Under the pieces are notes generated by a model. That model ran no database searches. It was not told the DNA's origin and saw nothing but the letters and a program-made list of their open reading frames with translations. DNA of 64,000 nucleotides from Camelus ferus (Eukaryota). The stretch covers positions 11,348,001 through 11,412,000 of the forward strand of contig NC_045697.1 in NCBI RefSeq assembly GCF_009834535.1, given 5' to 3'. This document shows, piece after piece, positions 22,697 to 35,950 of this stretch. A program made the position numbers and the translations under genes. Every line of letters begins with the position of its first letter. Positions within the stretch are counted from its first letter, which is position 1.

Positions 22697-23792
22697 TGCA
22701 TTGGTTTCCTAGGGATGTGTAGCGTGTGGATGTGTGGATATATATACAGACACACACACACACACACACATATATATGATTTATGTATATTTATTAGCTA
22801 AGATATATAATAATTAATTAGGTATATGAATTATTTATATATGTGTATTTTATATTATGATATTTTGATATTAAGAAACCTTTCTGGCTGGGGAAAGACT
22901 GCCCCTCCCTGGGCTAACCAGTTTTTAGAGAGAGCAAAGGACTCAGCCTGGAGCACGACTTTGATATGGGAACTAACCAGCGTAGAGTCCTGCCTCCTCG
23001 CTCTGGCCAGTACAACCCAGGAAAAAGTATTCCTCTGCCTGAACCACCCCAGGGCCGGGTTGCGTACCAGGTAACTGGAGACCATCCCTACAGCTCAGAG
23101 CCCCCCAAGAATTACTCGAATCGGCCAGTCCTACATTGCTTACCCTGCCCTGCCTTGTCTTTCCCTCAAAAGGCTCTGACCTAAGCTCTAAGCTCTCACC
23201 CCTCCTGTCGTCGGCCTCCGGACCACCTTGGTGTCTTTCCGTGGCGTGCCCCACCTCCTGGCTTTAGGACCTGGGAGTTTACAATGAACTTTGCTTCCTG
23301 AGCCTGTCCTCTGTCTCCTCTTGTGGCCCCACCTGACTGCCTGTCTCATAAAAGAATAGAAAACAGGTTGTCATAACAAAGTGCCACAAACTAGGTGGGT
23401 GAAAACAACAGACATTGATTTTCTCACAGTTCTGGAGACTAGAAGTCTAAAATCGAGCTGTTGGCAGGGCTGGCTCCTTCCGAGGGCTCTGAGGAAGTCT
23501 TTGTTCCCTGCCTTTCTCTAGTCCCTGGTGGCCCCAGGTGTCCCTGGCTTACAGATGCCTCATTCCTATCTGTGTCTTCTCACGACCAGCTCCCTCTGTG
23601 CCGCTGGCTCCTTGTTACAAGGACGTGGTCACATTGGATTAGGGCCCCCCCCTTACTTCAGTAAAACCTCATCTAAATTTAGCTAATTACATCTGCAATA
23701 ATATATTTCCAAGTTCACATTCTGAGGTACTGGGGTTCAGGATTTCAGTTTGGGGGGCAGGGGCGGGAGGGATGACACAGTTCAACATAGCA
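22697..23792 (-). mobile_element. MaLR LTR (MLT1C-like) interrupted by a MER74-like LTR
   Basis: tgcattggtttcctaggg (22697-22714) continues as gtcataacaaagtgccacaaactagg (from 23370). Confidence 0.78.
22718..23365 (+). mobile_element. ERVL solo LTR (MER74-like) with CA/TA expansion near its 5' end
   Basis: TG...CA termini, flanks GGATG/GGTTG, and internal gaaagactgcccctccctgggctaacc...gcaaaggactcagcctggagc. Confidence 0.72.
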
Positions 23793-24824
23793 TTGGGATA
23801 CTGTGGAGAGTTCCCTCAATGAACAGCAAGATAAGAAAGATAATCACGTCGGTTTTAAGTACAGCTAAATGTATTCCATTTAAAGTATTGCACCTTATTC
23901 TAAGATTACATCTTTCTATCCTTTTAGTATGGAACAACATTCTTCGTTTTAGTAAATGAGAGGGAGAGTAGATGATACAGGGTTTTTTGGTTTTGTTTTT
24001 TTTTTTTTAAGGAAGAAAGAAAAGCTGGCAACTCTTGGAAACATTTTTGAAATTCTACTTATTCAAAAAAAATGAACTCCAAAATCTTTTGCTTATATGT
24101 CCTTATTAGGAAAACAAATTGAGTAGGTGCCTACAAAAATTATTTTATGAGTTTAATTTATACTTAACATTAACTATTCCCAAAATAGGAGTTTGAAAGT
24201 ATTAAAGATAAACCAAATAATATTATTTTATTTATTTCTTAATAACTTTGGAGAAATCTTTCTAAAATTATTATAGATAAACGTTTAGTATTAATAAGGA
24301 GTTTGATCATTCTTTACTATTTTAGTGAATCCCAGTTTAACAGAGATACAGGACTTGAAAACCAGGTTCCAAGTTCAATTTATTTCAATATTTGATTATC
24401 ATAGTTGTCAAGACTGAAAAATTACTTTGGGAAAGCCCACATCAGCAATATGTACTTGGGAAGATGTTTATGGTTATTGATAATGGATATACAAATTCAT
24501 ATTTTAAATAGTATTCTTGATAACGTCAAATTTGGAGTTGGCCAAGTGAGTAGTTTTATTATTTTAAAACTCTATATATTTACCTTGATTTATCCAATGG
24601 AGGCAACAGTGTAAATCCAATTAAATATTACCTAACTTAAGCTTCTTTTCTACTTGGGGGTAAAATTAGAAAGTCACCACTAGGCAGAGACCACAGCAAA
24701 TATGTTGCAGGAAAGGGCCAGTGGTAGAATATATATTTAGTGGCAAATGTAGAATCAGAACAGGCTATACACATAGTTTCAAATTCTCTCTCCATCATAA
24801 ACTTTTTAATTACTGAAGAAAAAT

Positions 24825-25380
24825 TGTTAAGTTTATAGTGGACCTGGCAGGTGCCGTCTTAGCCAGGTGATCAAAGTTAGCATTGACAGTAATTAGGACA
24901 ACAGCATCATGGGCCAGCTGCTGCGATGCACTGGGGAGGGCTCATCACTTCTGCCAAGTTCTTGCCAAAAAACATATGATCTCAGTCAGACCTTGAGAAA
25001 ACATCAGACAAACTCAAGCGGAGGGGCATTCTACAAAGTAAGTGACCACTAAGTCTTCAAAGAAAAACAAAGCCTGGGGAACATTACAGATTGGAGGAGA
25101 CTCAGGAAACATAACTAAATTAACGTGGGATCCTAAGTTGGATCCAGAACCAGAAAAATATATACATTAGTGGGGAAACTGGCAAAATTTGAACTAGACC
25201 CATAGATTAGACGATGGTATTATATCAGTGTTAATTTCCTGGTTTAGATCACTGCAATATGATTATGTAAGACGTTAACCTTTGGGGAAGCTGGGTGAAG
25301 GGTATATGAGAACTCTCTGTACTACTTTTGCAACTTTTCTGTAAGTCTTAATTTTTTTTTCAAAATTAAAAAGAAAGAAA
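24825..25380 (+). mobile_element. Ancient L1 3' UTR (L1MC-like)
   Basis: ccaggtgatcaaagttagcatt...gaaaacatcagacaaac...gaactctctgtactacttttgcaacttttctgtaagtc. Confidence 0.8.
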
Positions 25381-26000
25381 TACATTAAAAGAATTTGAAC
25401 CATTACCTTCCGATGCCTGGTGGATCTTTTTGTTAGAGACACTGCTCTGTGGAGCCCTCAAACGTCTGCTCCAAACTGTTGCTTCCCTGTTCCTATGCTT
25501 TTGCATAAGTAATTCTCACCATCAGAAATTCACTCCAGGTTATCTGAGGGCCTCCTGTGTGTAAAGGTAACTGATGTCTGCAATGGTTGAACTGAATGCT
25601 ATCGTTACCAACCTACCTCTCATTATAGGTGGCTGAACATCCTTCTAAAATGCTCTCTCAGATGTATCATGAGCCCTAACTGATCTTGCCAAACACCCAT
25701 AGATGAAGAACAGATCCTAGATTCTTACATTTCTTTTACAGTTGAAGAAATAAATTCCAAGAAGTCAAATAACTTGCATGCTTTCGAGTGAATGGACTCA
25801 GGCTTGCCTACTGCAGAATAAAGGAACATTGGCTCTTGCTCTTCTCTTCAGCCACTTCCCTAAATTTAGGAGATACAGAGCATTTTTCTTTGATGAATTC
25901 ATCATGGTGCCCAAGCCATCTCGGCACCAGTGCTGAAGTCTGTGGAGAAGATGTGGCTGACTCTGTTCTTACCCAAGGATGCTCTCTACAAGGAGGTTGT

Positions 26001-26322
26001 TGTGATGGTTAATTTTATGTCTCAACTTGCCTAGACTTTAAGTTCTCAGTGTTTTTGTGTGTTTTTGGATGAGATTAACATTTAAATTTGTGGACTTTGG
26101 GTAAAGCAGATTGCCCTCCGTCATGTGAGTGGGCCCCCTCCAATCAGCTGAAGGCCTCAAAAGAACAAAAGATTGACCTCCCCCAGGGAAGAGAGGATTC
26201 TCCAGCAGACTGCTGTCTTTGGACCACATCTGCAACATCATCTCTTCCTGCCTGAGCATGATCTATTTCTACATCTACATCTGTATCTCCCGCTGGTTCT
26301 CTGGAGGACCCTGACTAATACC
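26001..26322 (+). mobile_element. ERV-L solo LTR (MLT2-like), internally deleted
   Basis: Starts tgtgatggttaattttatgt, contains gtaaagcagattgccctcc and ends ccctgactaatac. Confidence 0.87.
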
Positions 26323-27509
26323 GTCACTCTGTGTGCTCTAGACATAAGCGGGGTCTCTCACAATTTGTCTTTTGTTCACCACAGTCACTTGGGGGACAGG
26401 CCAAAGGGCAGCGTAGGTGGGGTATTTGCAAGTCGAATTATAATTACCTCACAATTCTAGTACACATTCTACTGGTTAACTTTGAAGCTTCTACTTGAAA
26501 ATGCAAAATAGATTTCAACATGCAGTGAAATGGCTGGAATATTGACTGAAGCGCTTTAAATACAAACCCCGCTTGGTCCACTAGACATGTAGAGGTGTAC
26601 ACCCACTTGTGGCTAGCAGTGTTTCACAGAAATACACTCATGCCTTTGCTTTACTTAGAAGGAAAATGTGAGTCGTCCCTCACTTTCCCACTTCCGGGTT
26701 GGGTATAGGGTTCCATCCTCTCTCCCAGTCACCGAGTAACTTTAATTTTGCCTTTGGTGTATTTATTACAGCAGTGTTATTTCCTAAGACAATCTAAAAA
26801 TTTCGACATCCCTTTTAGCCTCCATGTCAATGGATTGTTGTCTTAGAATTCCCCATAGCATCAAGCTTCAGCAGTCAACGTTGATCAGTGACCCAGATCT
26901 TAGCTCACATTCCCTTGAGAGGAATGTATTCTTCAGAGCCTAAAATCTTGGAGACATTTCTCTTTTGCCATTAAGGTCTTCAAACCAGCTTCTTTGTTTC
27001 AGCTTCTGCTACATTACAATCTAAGAAATAATCCCAATTATTTTGCTCTAGGAGAATTCTGATGCATCAGTTTCACTAGTTTTAAAAATAAGCTTGTCCT
27101 CTACTGGAATGTAATTTGATTGCACCTTTTCCTTGCCAGCGTGGTGCTTCTAAGGGGATTGGAGCCATACATTTTTGCTCTCTATAGGATTCTGCTTAAG
27201 GTAATGGTGAAGTTGAATAACTACCCAGGATCAAAGTTGTGGGGTTTGGAAAGGTGGTGGTGGTAGTGGCATGGGGGGTCCTCCCTTTGGGAACTAATGA
27301 CTCAAGGGGGGCGGGGGAGGAGATAATGGCTTTGTAGGTTGGTGTGTAGTAAACAAAAAGTGATCCACCCGCCCCCATATCTGGAACATCATGGTCCATT
27401 TAGAATCACATGATGAAAAGAAACAAACACAATCCAACAGATCCTTCGAGCCTATATAAGGAAAGACTGTCGATCAAGAACGGACATTAACCGCAGGATG
27501 AAAGCTCCC

Positions 27510-27700
27510 ATCTGACAGTGTTCGCCATGTCCCGGCGCTGTGTCAGTCACTGCCTGTGTCACCTCTAGTCCTACAACAGTCTTAGGAAGCGGGCATGGTC
27601 ACCCCATCAGCCCCTTTTAGAGACTGAGAGATGTAAGACTCAATCCAGGTTGAGTCACTTGCCCAAGATCACGGAGTTAGTGGGTGATTGAGCGGCAGGT
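27510..27700 (-). mobile_element. MIR SINE
   Basis: ttttagagactgag...ggttgagtcacttgcccaagatcac. Confidence 0.65.
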
Positions 27701-28554
27701 GGAGCTCACCTGCTCTCTTAAGCAGCATGCTAAGTGCTACCTGAAGTCAAGAGAGTCACTGAGGCAAACCCTGGTTGTGCTCTTTCAAGACCTGTCAGCA
27801 GGGACGGGGCCCCTAAATTCACTGACCTGGCAGATATCTCAGCCATGAACACCAGAGCCTGACACCTGAAACATTTTCTATATTCTTCACTCACCTCCCT
27901 TTGACCTACGTGCTGCTCACCAAGCATGTGGCTGGCAAAGACCTGACTTCCAGTTGTGTTTTGTTAGGAGAAGGATGCGCCAGGGCGAGCCTGCGTGGCA
28001 GGTGGGATTCTGACTGTAATCTGGTCTCTCTATCCTGGCATTAGGTGCTGGTCTCTCCTGAGTGGCTGAAGCAGTCTGCCTCTCTCACCGCATCGCCTTG
28101 GGAGCACTGACAAAGCACCAAGAGCCCGGACTTGCTGGGCTACGAGCCAGGCTCTTGAAGAAGTCATCAGAGTCCCTGCCTGCAAAGTCCCTGCCACCTT
28201 GTGAGGTTTGCAGGGCCACCCAGTCCTGTGGACACAACTTTCTTCAGTTGCTACTGGAAACAATCTCAGAAAGTTATCTATGAAAAATCCTTTTAAGACC
28301 TACCTTTTTAAAATTAGGCAACATGTCTGGCTCTTTCTTTAATCAGACACAGTCTGTTCCCTTTCTGGACATTAGCCCCTCTGTAAGCAGATTATGTCCT
28401 AAATGGAGGTGATTTTTCATGGGAAAGGTTGTGAACAGGGCAGCTTGTGGTGTGACTGCCCCAGCTCTGTCTGCCTCCCTCTAGTGGCAGCTTCAGGAAT
28501 GGCAGGAGCACAAATGTAAATTGTAATTCGTAACACAAGACTTGTTTAAAATCT

Positions 28555-29085
28555 TTGTCTCCCCATCACTTAGAATAAAATACAGCTATTTACCAGGCTC
28601 TACAAGACCAAAGCTCTGTCTGGACCGCGTTGAGCACCCTCAATGACCACTTCCATCTCTTTCTTCCTCTCAACACTTCCGCCTTCATCCTGACTTCAAA
28701 TATTCCAAACTAGTACCACCCTTAGAATCTTTGTACTAGTTGCTTTTTTCTCTCTGGGGTTCTTTCACCCAGACTCTTTAAGCTTAGCTTCTGCTCATCA
28801 CTCAGGTCTCAGCTTAGACACAACCTCTTCAGTCAGAGGAGTCTTCCCTAACCAGTGACCCAATCTGCAGACACCCTCTTTCTTCATCACGTGGCCATAT
28901 TTATTAAGCTCTCCAGGGTACTTACTCATCGCTGCTTGAGATTTTCTTTTTCATCTTTGTGTTTACTTCTTTTGCAACTTAAATGGAAGCTTCATACAAG
29001 AACAGTGTTTTTTTCAGCTCTGCATTCCCAGCACTTATAGGAGTGCCTGGCACAGAGTAGAGAGGGGCTCAGTATGCATTTATTA
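28555..29085 (+). mobile_element. L2 LINE 3' fragment
   Basis: cacttagaataaaat...caggtctcagctt...cccagcacttataggagtgcctggcacagagtag. Confidence 0.75.
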
Positions 29086-29184
29086 ACCCTGCCACTCTCC
29101 CGTCCAACATCCACAGCAGAGGGTTAATCAACTGTAGTATTCTTTCCAATGCATATTGCAGCATCGAGACGACAATTTACTAGA

Positions 29185-29760
29185 GAGCCTGAGATCACTC
29201 CACTTGCAAAAGTAAATCCAGATAAAGAGCTACATGTAAAGAACTATACAGATGATATTTAAAAGTGAATGTTCTTATAACCTTGCAATGGGAAAAAAAA
29301 TTCCAGTGAAAAAGCTATTCCAAAATCAAGCACAAGACTCAGAAGCCAATAGAGAAAGGACTGACAAATCTGGCAATAAAAATTTTACATATTTGTATGA
29401 CAGTAAACCAAGGTGAAACATTTGATGAAGAATTAATAACCTTAATTTAAAAAAAAATCCACAAATCAATACGACAAAGAAACCAATGATATAGAAAATA
29501 AGCATTAGTCACAAATAATTCACATGGTACAGAGGGCCAATGACAATGAAAAAAGGCACTGAACATTACTTATACTCAAGAAAATGAAAATCACCATAGA
29601 ATTTTTTTTTCCTGTTAAATTAATGAGACAAAAAAGATCCAAAGCTGGATGTGGAGAAATGGCCACTGTTTTCATGGGAAAGAGTATAAACGTGCACTGT
29701 CCTTTGAAAGGTAATTTGTCAGTACCTACGAAAATGTACACTGCATTTATACAATAATTT
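29185..29760 (+). mobile_element. Ancient L1 fragment (ORF2 3' part)
   Basis: A-rich decayed sequence with aaaagtaaatccagat and ttgaaaggtaatttgtcagtacct. Confidence 0.55.
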
Positions 29761-30611
29761 CATACTCACATGCTTATAATAATTGACATTACATTGAATA
29801 CAACTGAGATTAAATACTTTTCATGTTAGTTGCTCACCTATATTTTTGTATTCTGAACTTGCCAGCTTATGGCCGTTGCCTGCCTCTCTACCATTAGATT
29901 GTTTGAATAACATTTACAGATGCAGAGAAACACAGAAAGGGCACAAAAATTTACTTCTCCACACAAAGACTATTGAACTCCTTTATCTTTTCACTCTCAG
30001 TAGTGGAGCCAGCTGTACTGAAACAATAATATAATTACAATTGTTTCTTAGCAGTGACCCCATCCCAGGGACTTGCATCCCTCATAACTTGCTAAGAGGA
30101 CAGAATGATCGCTTCCACATTTGAAAGAATGTAATTCATCATGCATTTTTTAATTCAGTTAGAAAACACATATCGACTACCTACATTTGCCAGGTACTGC
30201 TGTAGCCATCAGTCCTCTACCCTTTTGCTCTTACTTATAAAATATGTACAACTCCTTGAGGAGCAATGGAAGAAGGATCAAGGCCAGCCAGCAAGGTCCA
30301 CAGGAAAGGTGCCCAAGTTTGCACACAGTCACATCTGAGCCAGGAGGAAAATTCTGTTATTAAAATTTTAAAAGCAGAATCTCAAAGACTTAAAAATTCT
30401 CCATGAATTAAATTAGAAAAATAAAAGTTAACAAATGCTATGTGTGTAATGTTCCCACTTTTGTTAAAATTATATATACACACTTTTCTACATACTTATG
30501 AATATTTATATATGCATATTTATATGAATGAATTTGCACAGGAAAAGATCTGGAAGGATATACCCAAAATTAATTTTCTTAAATGGTGGCATTTCAGGTT
30601 GCTTTCATTTC

Positions 30612-30790
30612 TTTTTTTAAATTGAAGTATAGTCGATTTACAATATTATATTAGTTTCAGGTGTACAGCATGGTGATTCACTATTTTTGCAGATCATACT
30701 CTTTTGCAGGTTATTACAAGATAATGGTTACAATTCCTGGTGCTACACTGTACATCCTTCTTGTTTATCTATTTCATACATGGTATTCAT
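30612..30790 (-). mobile_element. L1 3'-end fragment
   Basis: attgaagtatagtcgatttacaatatt...gtttcaggtgtacagc. Confidence 0.85.
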
Positions 30791-31428
30791 GTATTTCATA
30801 CATGACATAGATTGTATATGTTAATACTGTACCCCATTCATTTACTTTTTCTTCTTTTTGTTTTCCAAGTTTTCTGCTATTAATATAAAATGCCCCAATA
30901 ATCTCAGAAATGAAAAGAAATCCCATATGTAATTGTTGAAAGTGGGCTCTATCACCAGGCATTCAGTTTTCTTTCAATTCTTTCTCTATCACTTCCTAGA
31001 TTTATGAATTATGAAGTTTTTTTAAAAGTCACTTAGCTACTCTAAGCCTTAGCTTCTTCACCTGAAAATAGTGATAGTAAATAATAATTACCCCAAAGGT
31101 TCTTGGTTAGAATTCAACAATATCAAATAAGTAAAGCCCTTAACACAGAGCTTCACGCTTAGTAAATACTCTCAGTGTTAGTCCATTTATTTCTTTTCTT
31201 CTCTCCTTATACGGAAAATGTTATAGTCAATTAAACATTAGAGTCTCTAAAAGCCATAGCGGTCCACCCAGGAGTTCCCAGGATGTCCCCAGTTTCAAAT
31301 ACTTCATCTGGACTGCGTGTACTAATTTTGATTTGATATTCATGATTTTCATTAGGCTCTTGTTCCTTTGGTCATCTTACCACAACACCTAACAGTTTTG
31401 AGCACTTACTTTGTGCTCTCCAATCTTC

Positions 31429-31540
31429 CTTTTTTTTTTTTTTTTTTTTTTTTTCCCTTAATAGAGGCACTGAGAATTGAACCCAGGACTTCGTGCATGC
31501 CAAGCACGCGCTCTACCACTGAGCTTTACCCTGACCCGTA
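31429..31540 (-). mobile_element. tRNA-derived camelid SINE (short-tail variant)
   Basis: ttgaacccaggacttcgtgcatgccaagcacgcgctctaccactgagct, long T tail, and perfect 10-bp TSD tccaatcttc (31419-31428, 31541-31550). Confidence 0.9.
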
Positions 31541-31689
31541 TCCAATCTTCTGAAATGAGAAAGCGTAGCTATGAGAGTCTGACATGTAGCTGTCTGAAGC
31601 TTTAAGCTTCATTCATAGCCAAAGCCTCTTACGCAGTTAACTGGGATGTTTCTGCTTTCCTTAATGGATAGGCAAACTCAGCTAACTAA

Positions 31690-34600
31690 AATGTTTAAAT
31701 ATACAAAAATGAGGAAAAGTCCCAAATACATTTTATAAAGTGAGTATGACATTGATCCTGAAAGTTGGTGAAAATTGCACCAAAAAAAAAAAAAAAAGAG
31801 AACACTACAAACAATTCACACTAAAAATATTCAATAAAATATTAGCGGACAGCCTACTAAAAAATATTCATTAAAAGCATATGTTCATTTTTTAAAGAAT
31901 GTAGAAGTGGTTTGATATTAAGAGTTGTATTTATATGTCACCAAATTAACACACTTAAAGGGAAAAGATCATGATTACTTTCAGAGATGCAGAAAGACCA
32001 TTGCCAAAATCCATTTATGAGTTTTACATACTTCTGTAAGAAAGAAAGAAAGAGAGAAAGAAAGAGAGGAAGGAAGGAAGGAAGAAAGAACTGTTTAATA
32101 TTTCCTTGTCATTTATAAAAATGACACATATACCCTTAGTAACAAAGCCAGAGACTTTTCACTAAAATTAGTTGTAGGAAGAGTGATGTCCATCATTTTC
32201 AAAGATGCTCATGAAACCCATGGCTCTGTAACATTCACAATGACCAGCACTTCCAACATAATGTTACATAGCCATAGACTTCACTCTGTTTATCCCTGAT
32301 TTTAGCGAAAAAGTCTCTGACTTTGTTGCTAAAGTTGTATATGCAATTTTTATATTGATTGCATAATAAAATATTCATCAATTATCCCAATGTTACTTAT
32401 CAAAAAGCTGGTCTTCACTGATTTGAGAAGACATCTCATGATGCCATATGAAAAGGATTAAAATGTATATATTTCTTACAACACAGCAGGATAGATTCCA
32501 AATGAATAAGAGATTTATGTGTGAAAAAATTAAAACACAAGCACTAGATAAAAGCGTGAGTGATTCCACTAGAATTTAGCGTTAGAAGAAAATCCCCACA
32601 AAATCCAAAAGAACTATAAAGATAAATTAAACTATTAAAAGGAAAAAAAACTTTTGCATGAAGAAAAGATACTAAATCAAAGAGGGAAAAGTCAAACTGG
32701 GAAAACTTAGCTCCTTATATAACAATAAATAAATATTTGTAAATATTGCTAACATCTACAGAGTTTCAATATTTTTAAAAGCTTACAATTTTATAGAAAA
32801 TGAACTAGGGAATAGATAAATGATTCACTGAAAAATAAATTTAAATGACTAAATCAATAAATGCTTGCTAGATTTCACTCATAATAAAAGAAATCTGCTT
32901 CAGATAAATTGAGATGTCATTTCTTAAATATTAGGCAGCAAATCCAAACTTTCTTCTGAGTTTGGTAAAAATCCTATAGCCAAAGCTTTTTAGGCAAATA
33001 GGCACTTTCATATGTTGCTTATGAATAGACAAAGTGGTACAATTCTTACAGAAGGAAATTTGGCAATATCTTACAAAATTATATGGGTATTTAAACTTTG
33101 ACTTAACAATCACACCCCTAGGAATGTATACCAAAAACACTGGATACAAAATAGAGGAAGGAAGGTCAAGACCTTATAATTTCAATGTTATTTATTGCAG
33201 AATTAATTACAGCAAAATGACCCAATTACAGGAAAAATGATCCAAATGTCCATCAATAGGGAATTGGTCCGAATAAATTCTGATATATTCATACAATGCA
33301 GTACCATGCAACTTTATAGACTAATAAAGAATAGCTCTATCTATATACCATTATAGAGTGAGACCCAAGATATATTACATGAAAAAAAAAAAGTAAGCAA
33401 AGTGTGAATAGTGTGCTATTTTTAAGTACAGGGAGAGATGTATATAGCTCTTTTTATTAATAAAAAGTAAATGATGGAAGGAGAATTATAAAACATTTTT
33501 AAAAGGGTACCTATGAGGGGTTGGTTTTGTGAACTTGACTTTCAAAGCATGCAAATAATTTATACAATTTAAAACAAAACTTAACTTCTAAAAATTTATA
33601 ATTAACAACAGAAAGTAAAATGAAACAGATGAACTTCACTGTGTATTTAGTCTGCATCAAATCCGCAAGAGAAAAAGAATTCCAAGTGATTGTAAGACAT
33701 AGTAATTTGACTTTCTATCCCTAGTGGAATAAACTTTAAGGGAAAAAAAAACAGCCCACCACCCCAAATATGTGTAAACTTTTAAAAGTAATAATATTGA
33801 CTATGGCAATGTTATTTTTGATGCTGTTGTATTTGCTTTGAGAAATAACACAGTTGAGTAATCATGTGAATTATAAATTTTATCATAAATGTGATGAAAG
33901 GACTATGAAACAAATGACCCATTTTCTTCAAAATAAATAATAGGAAAAAGAAAAAGAGAAAAACAATCTATAGATTAAAATAAACTTAAAATACTTATCA
34001 AATTATCACAATATATGGACCTTATTAAATTCTGATTCAGACAAACAAAATGTTTTTTAAAGATGACATTTATGAGACAGTTGGAAATTCGAATGACAGG
34101 ATACTTAATATTGATAATTTATTGCTATTGTGTTTCTGCATAGCAATGAAATGGGGTTATGTTTTTAAAAGAGTTTTTATCTGTTTTTGAGATTTAGAAT
34201 GGTTTATTATAGAGCAATAGGAACTGAAACATTAACAAAACTTAGGAAGAACTTTAAAATCAATACAAATATTAATAACAATATATAAATAAGAGACATA
34301 AACTAACTATGAATGTAAAGGATACCTACCAGTGGATAAACATATGAAAATATGCCTAAATTTTTGACTAATTAGAGATTAAAAATGAAAACAATGTATG
34401 ATTTCTTATCCATAATGTCTACAATATTTAATACATTTCAAATTCTAAGTGCTTTTAAGTTTTTACCTGTTTAACATATATATTGCTATATTTATGGAGA
34501 AAATGCTATGACAATGGGGATTGACTCACAGCAGGAAGAGAGGAGGAACTGGGTGAAAGTATAGATGAAATAAATTGGCCATTAGTTGATAATCATTGAA

Positions 34601-34690
34601 ACTGAGTAATGAGTACCTGTGAATTTGTTATTTTATCTATTCAATTTTTGTGTATATTTAAAATTTTCCAAAAAAGAAAAAATTCAACAA
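31690..34690 (+). mobile_element. Long stretch of fragmented ancient L1 (ORF2 and 3' UTR pieces)
   Basis: Very A-rich; ORF 33034-33240 resembles the ORF2 C-terminus, and tccaaatgtccatcaataggg is at 33241. Confidence 0.7.
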
Positions 34691-35749
34691 TACTTTATAG
34701 AAATAAATGCAATAATTGCTAAAATTTGCTAGATTTATAGCATAAATTTATCAGATGAAACTAAAAGCCTAAAAAAGAACTAAGTTTTGTGAATCCATAA
34801 CTTTAATAAATTGGATTTCAAAATGTAGAAGAGATAAAGAAGATTATACAGTATAGCACAGGGAAATATATACAAAATCTTGTGTGAATACAATTATTTA
34901 AGGCAAAATACAACTCCTGAGTAGTGTTTTATATGCACAAAAGCCCATCTCATGGACAAGAAAATACACAGACAAGCTATGCCCTGCAAGGAGACAGCTT
35001 GGACTTAAATTCCTTCTCACCACAAGTTTGAATTATAAAACACAAAGTATTTAGAATAGTTCCTGGCACACAGACAACACTCAGAAGACTTCAGGAATCA
35101 TGGCTATCATCAGCCTGGGAAGCGGGAAGAGAATGGATCCAGTTCAAACCTGGACTTTTACATCTATGAACTGGGGACAAGTTATTTGGTTCCATTTAGC
35201 AAATATATGTATATATTTGCTAAGTTATATATGTATATAAATTTGCAAATTTATATATGTATACAAATATAAACGAAAGCACCTTCTGTATGCCAGCCCT
35301 GAAAAACTGGGTCACTGCTCTCGGGGAGGTAACAATCTAGAATCTAAAGGAACACTGTTTCTTCACTTCTAAAAGTGCTATTCCAATCATCACAGATCAT
35401 AATACATTCACTGAGTTAGTTTGCAAATGAAGTGAAGCAGGTTCCAATGATCCAAACAGAGAAGTCCCCAAAGTGGGAAAAAATTTTGTTTGCAGCACCC
35501 AGTTAGATGAAAACAGCTTTAAAGAACACTGGAGCTCTCTGCGCTCTTCCTAGCCCACCGTGCTGACGGCTCACGCGGATCTGCCCTCTGAACGGACCTG
35601 CGTCAACAAACTTCTGCTGCTTCCTAATAATCCGGAAGAGGCTGTATTAATTCATAAAATGCAACTTGGATTTGTAAATCAGGCCCTTGCATCACATTTT
35701 GTTAATGTGACCGGATTCCCAGGAACCAAGTACCCACTAACTTTTCATT

Positions 35750-35950
35750 GATGAATTTCATTTAATAAGTAGTTCCGAGTGCCTACTGCGTGCAAGGCAC
35801 TGAGCCAAGTCTTGGGACAATCACAAAACACAGACACAAAGGAGCTTACATTGTAGCAAGAGCAGACAGACACTAAACAAGATGCTTAATAAACGAATGA
35901 ATTATATTAGATGGTGAAAGGTGCCCTGGGGAAAAATTAAAGAGCAGAGA
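35750..35950 (-). mobile_element. L2 fragment
   Basis: gagtgcctactgcgtgcaaggcactg...ggagcttacattgtag. Confidence 0.7.

Noticed and set aside
17392..26322. Two MLT2-like LTRs as the paired ends of one provirus
   Set aside because: They differ substantially, and 20100-26000 is not ERV-L sequence.
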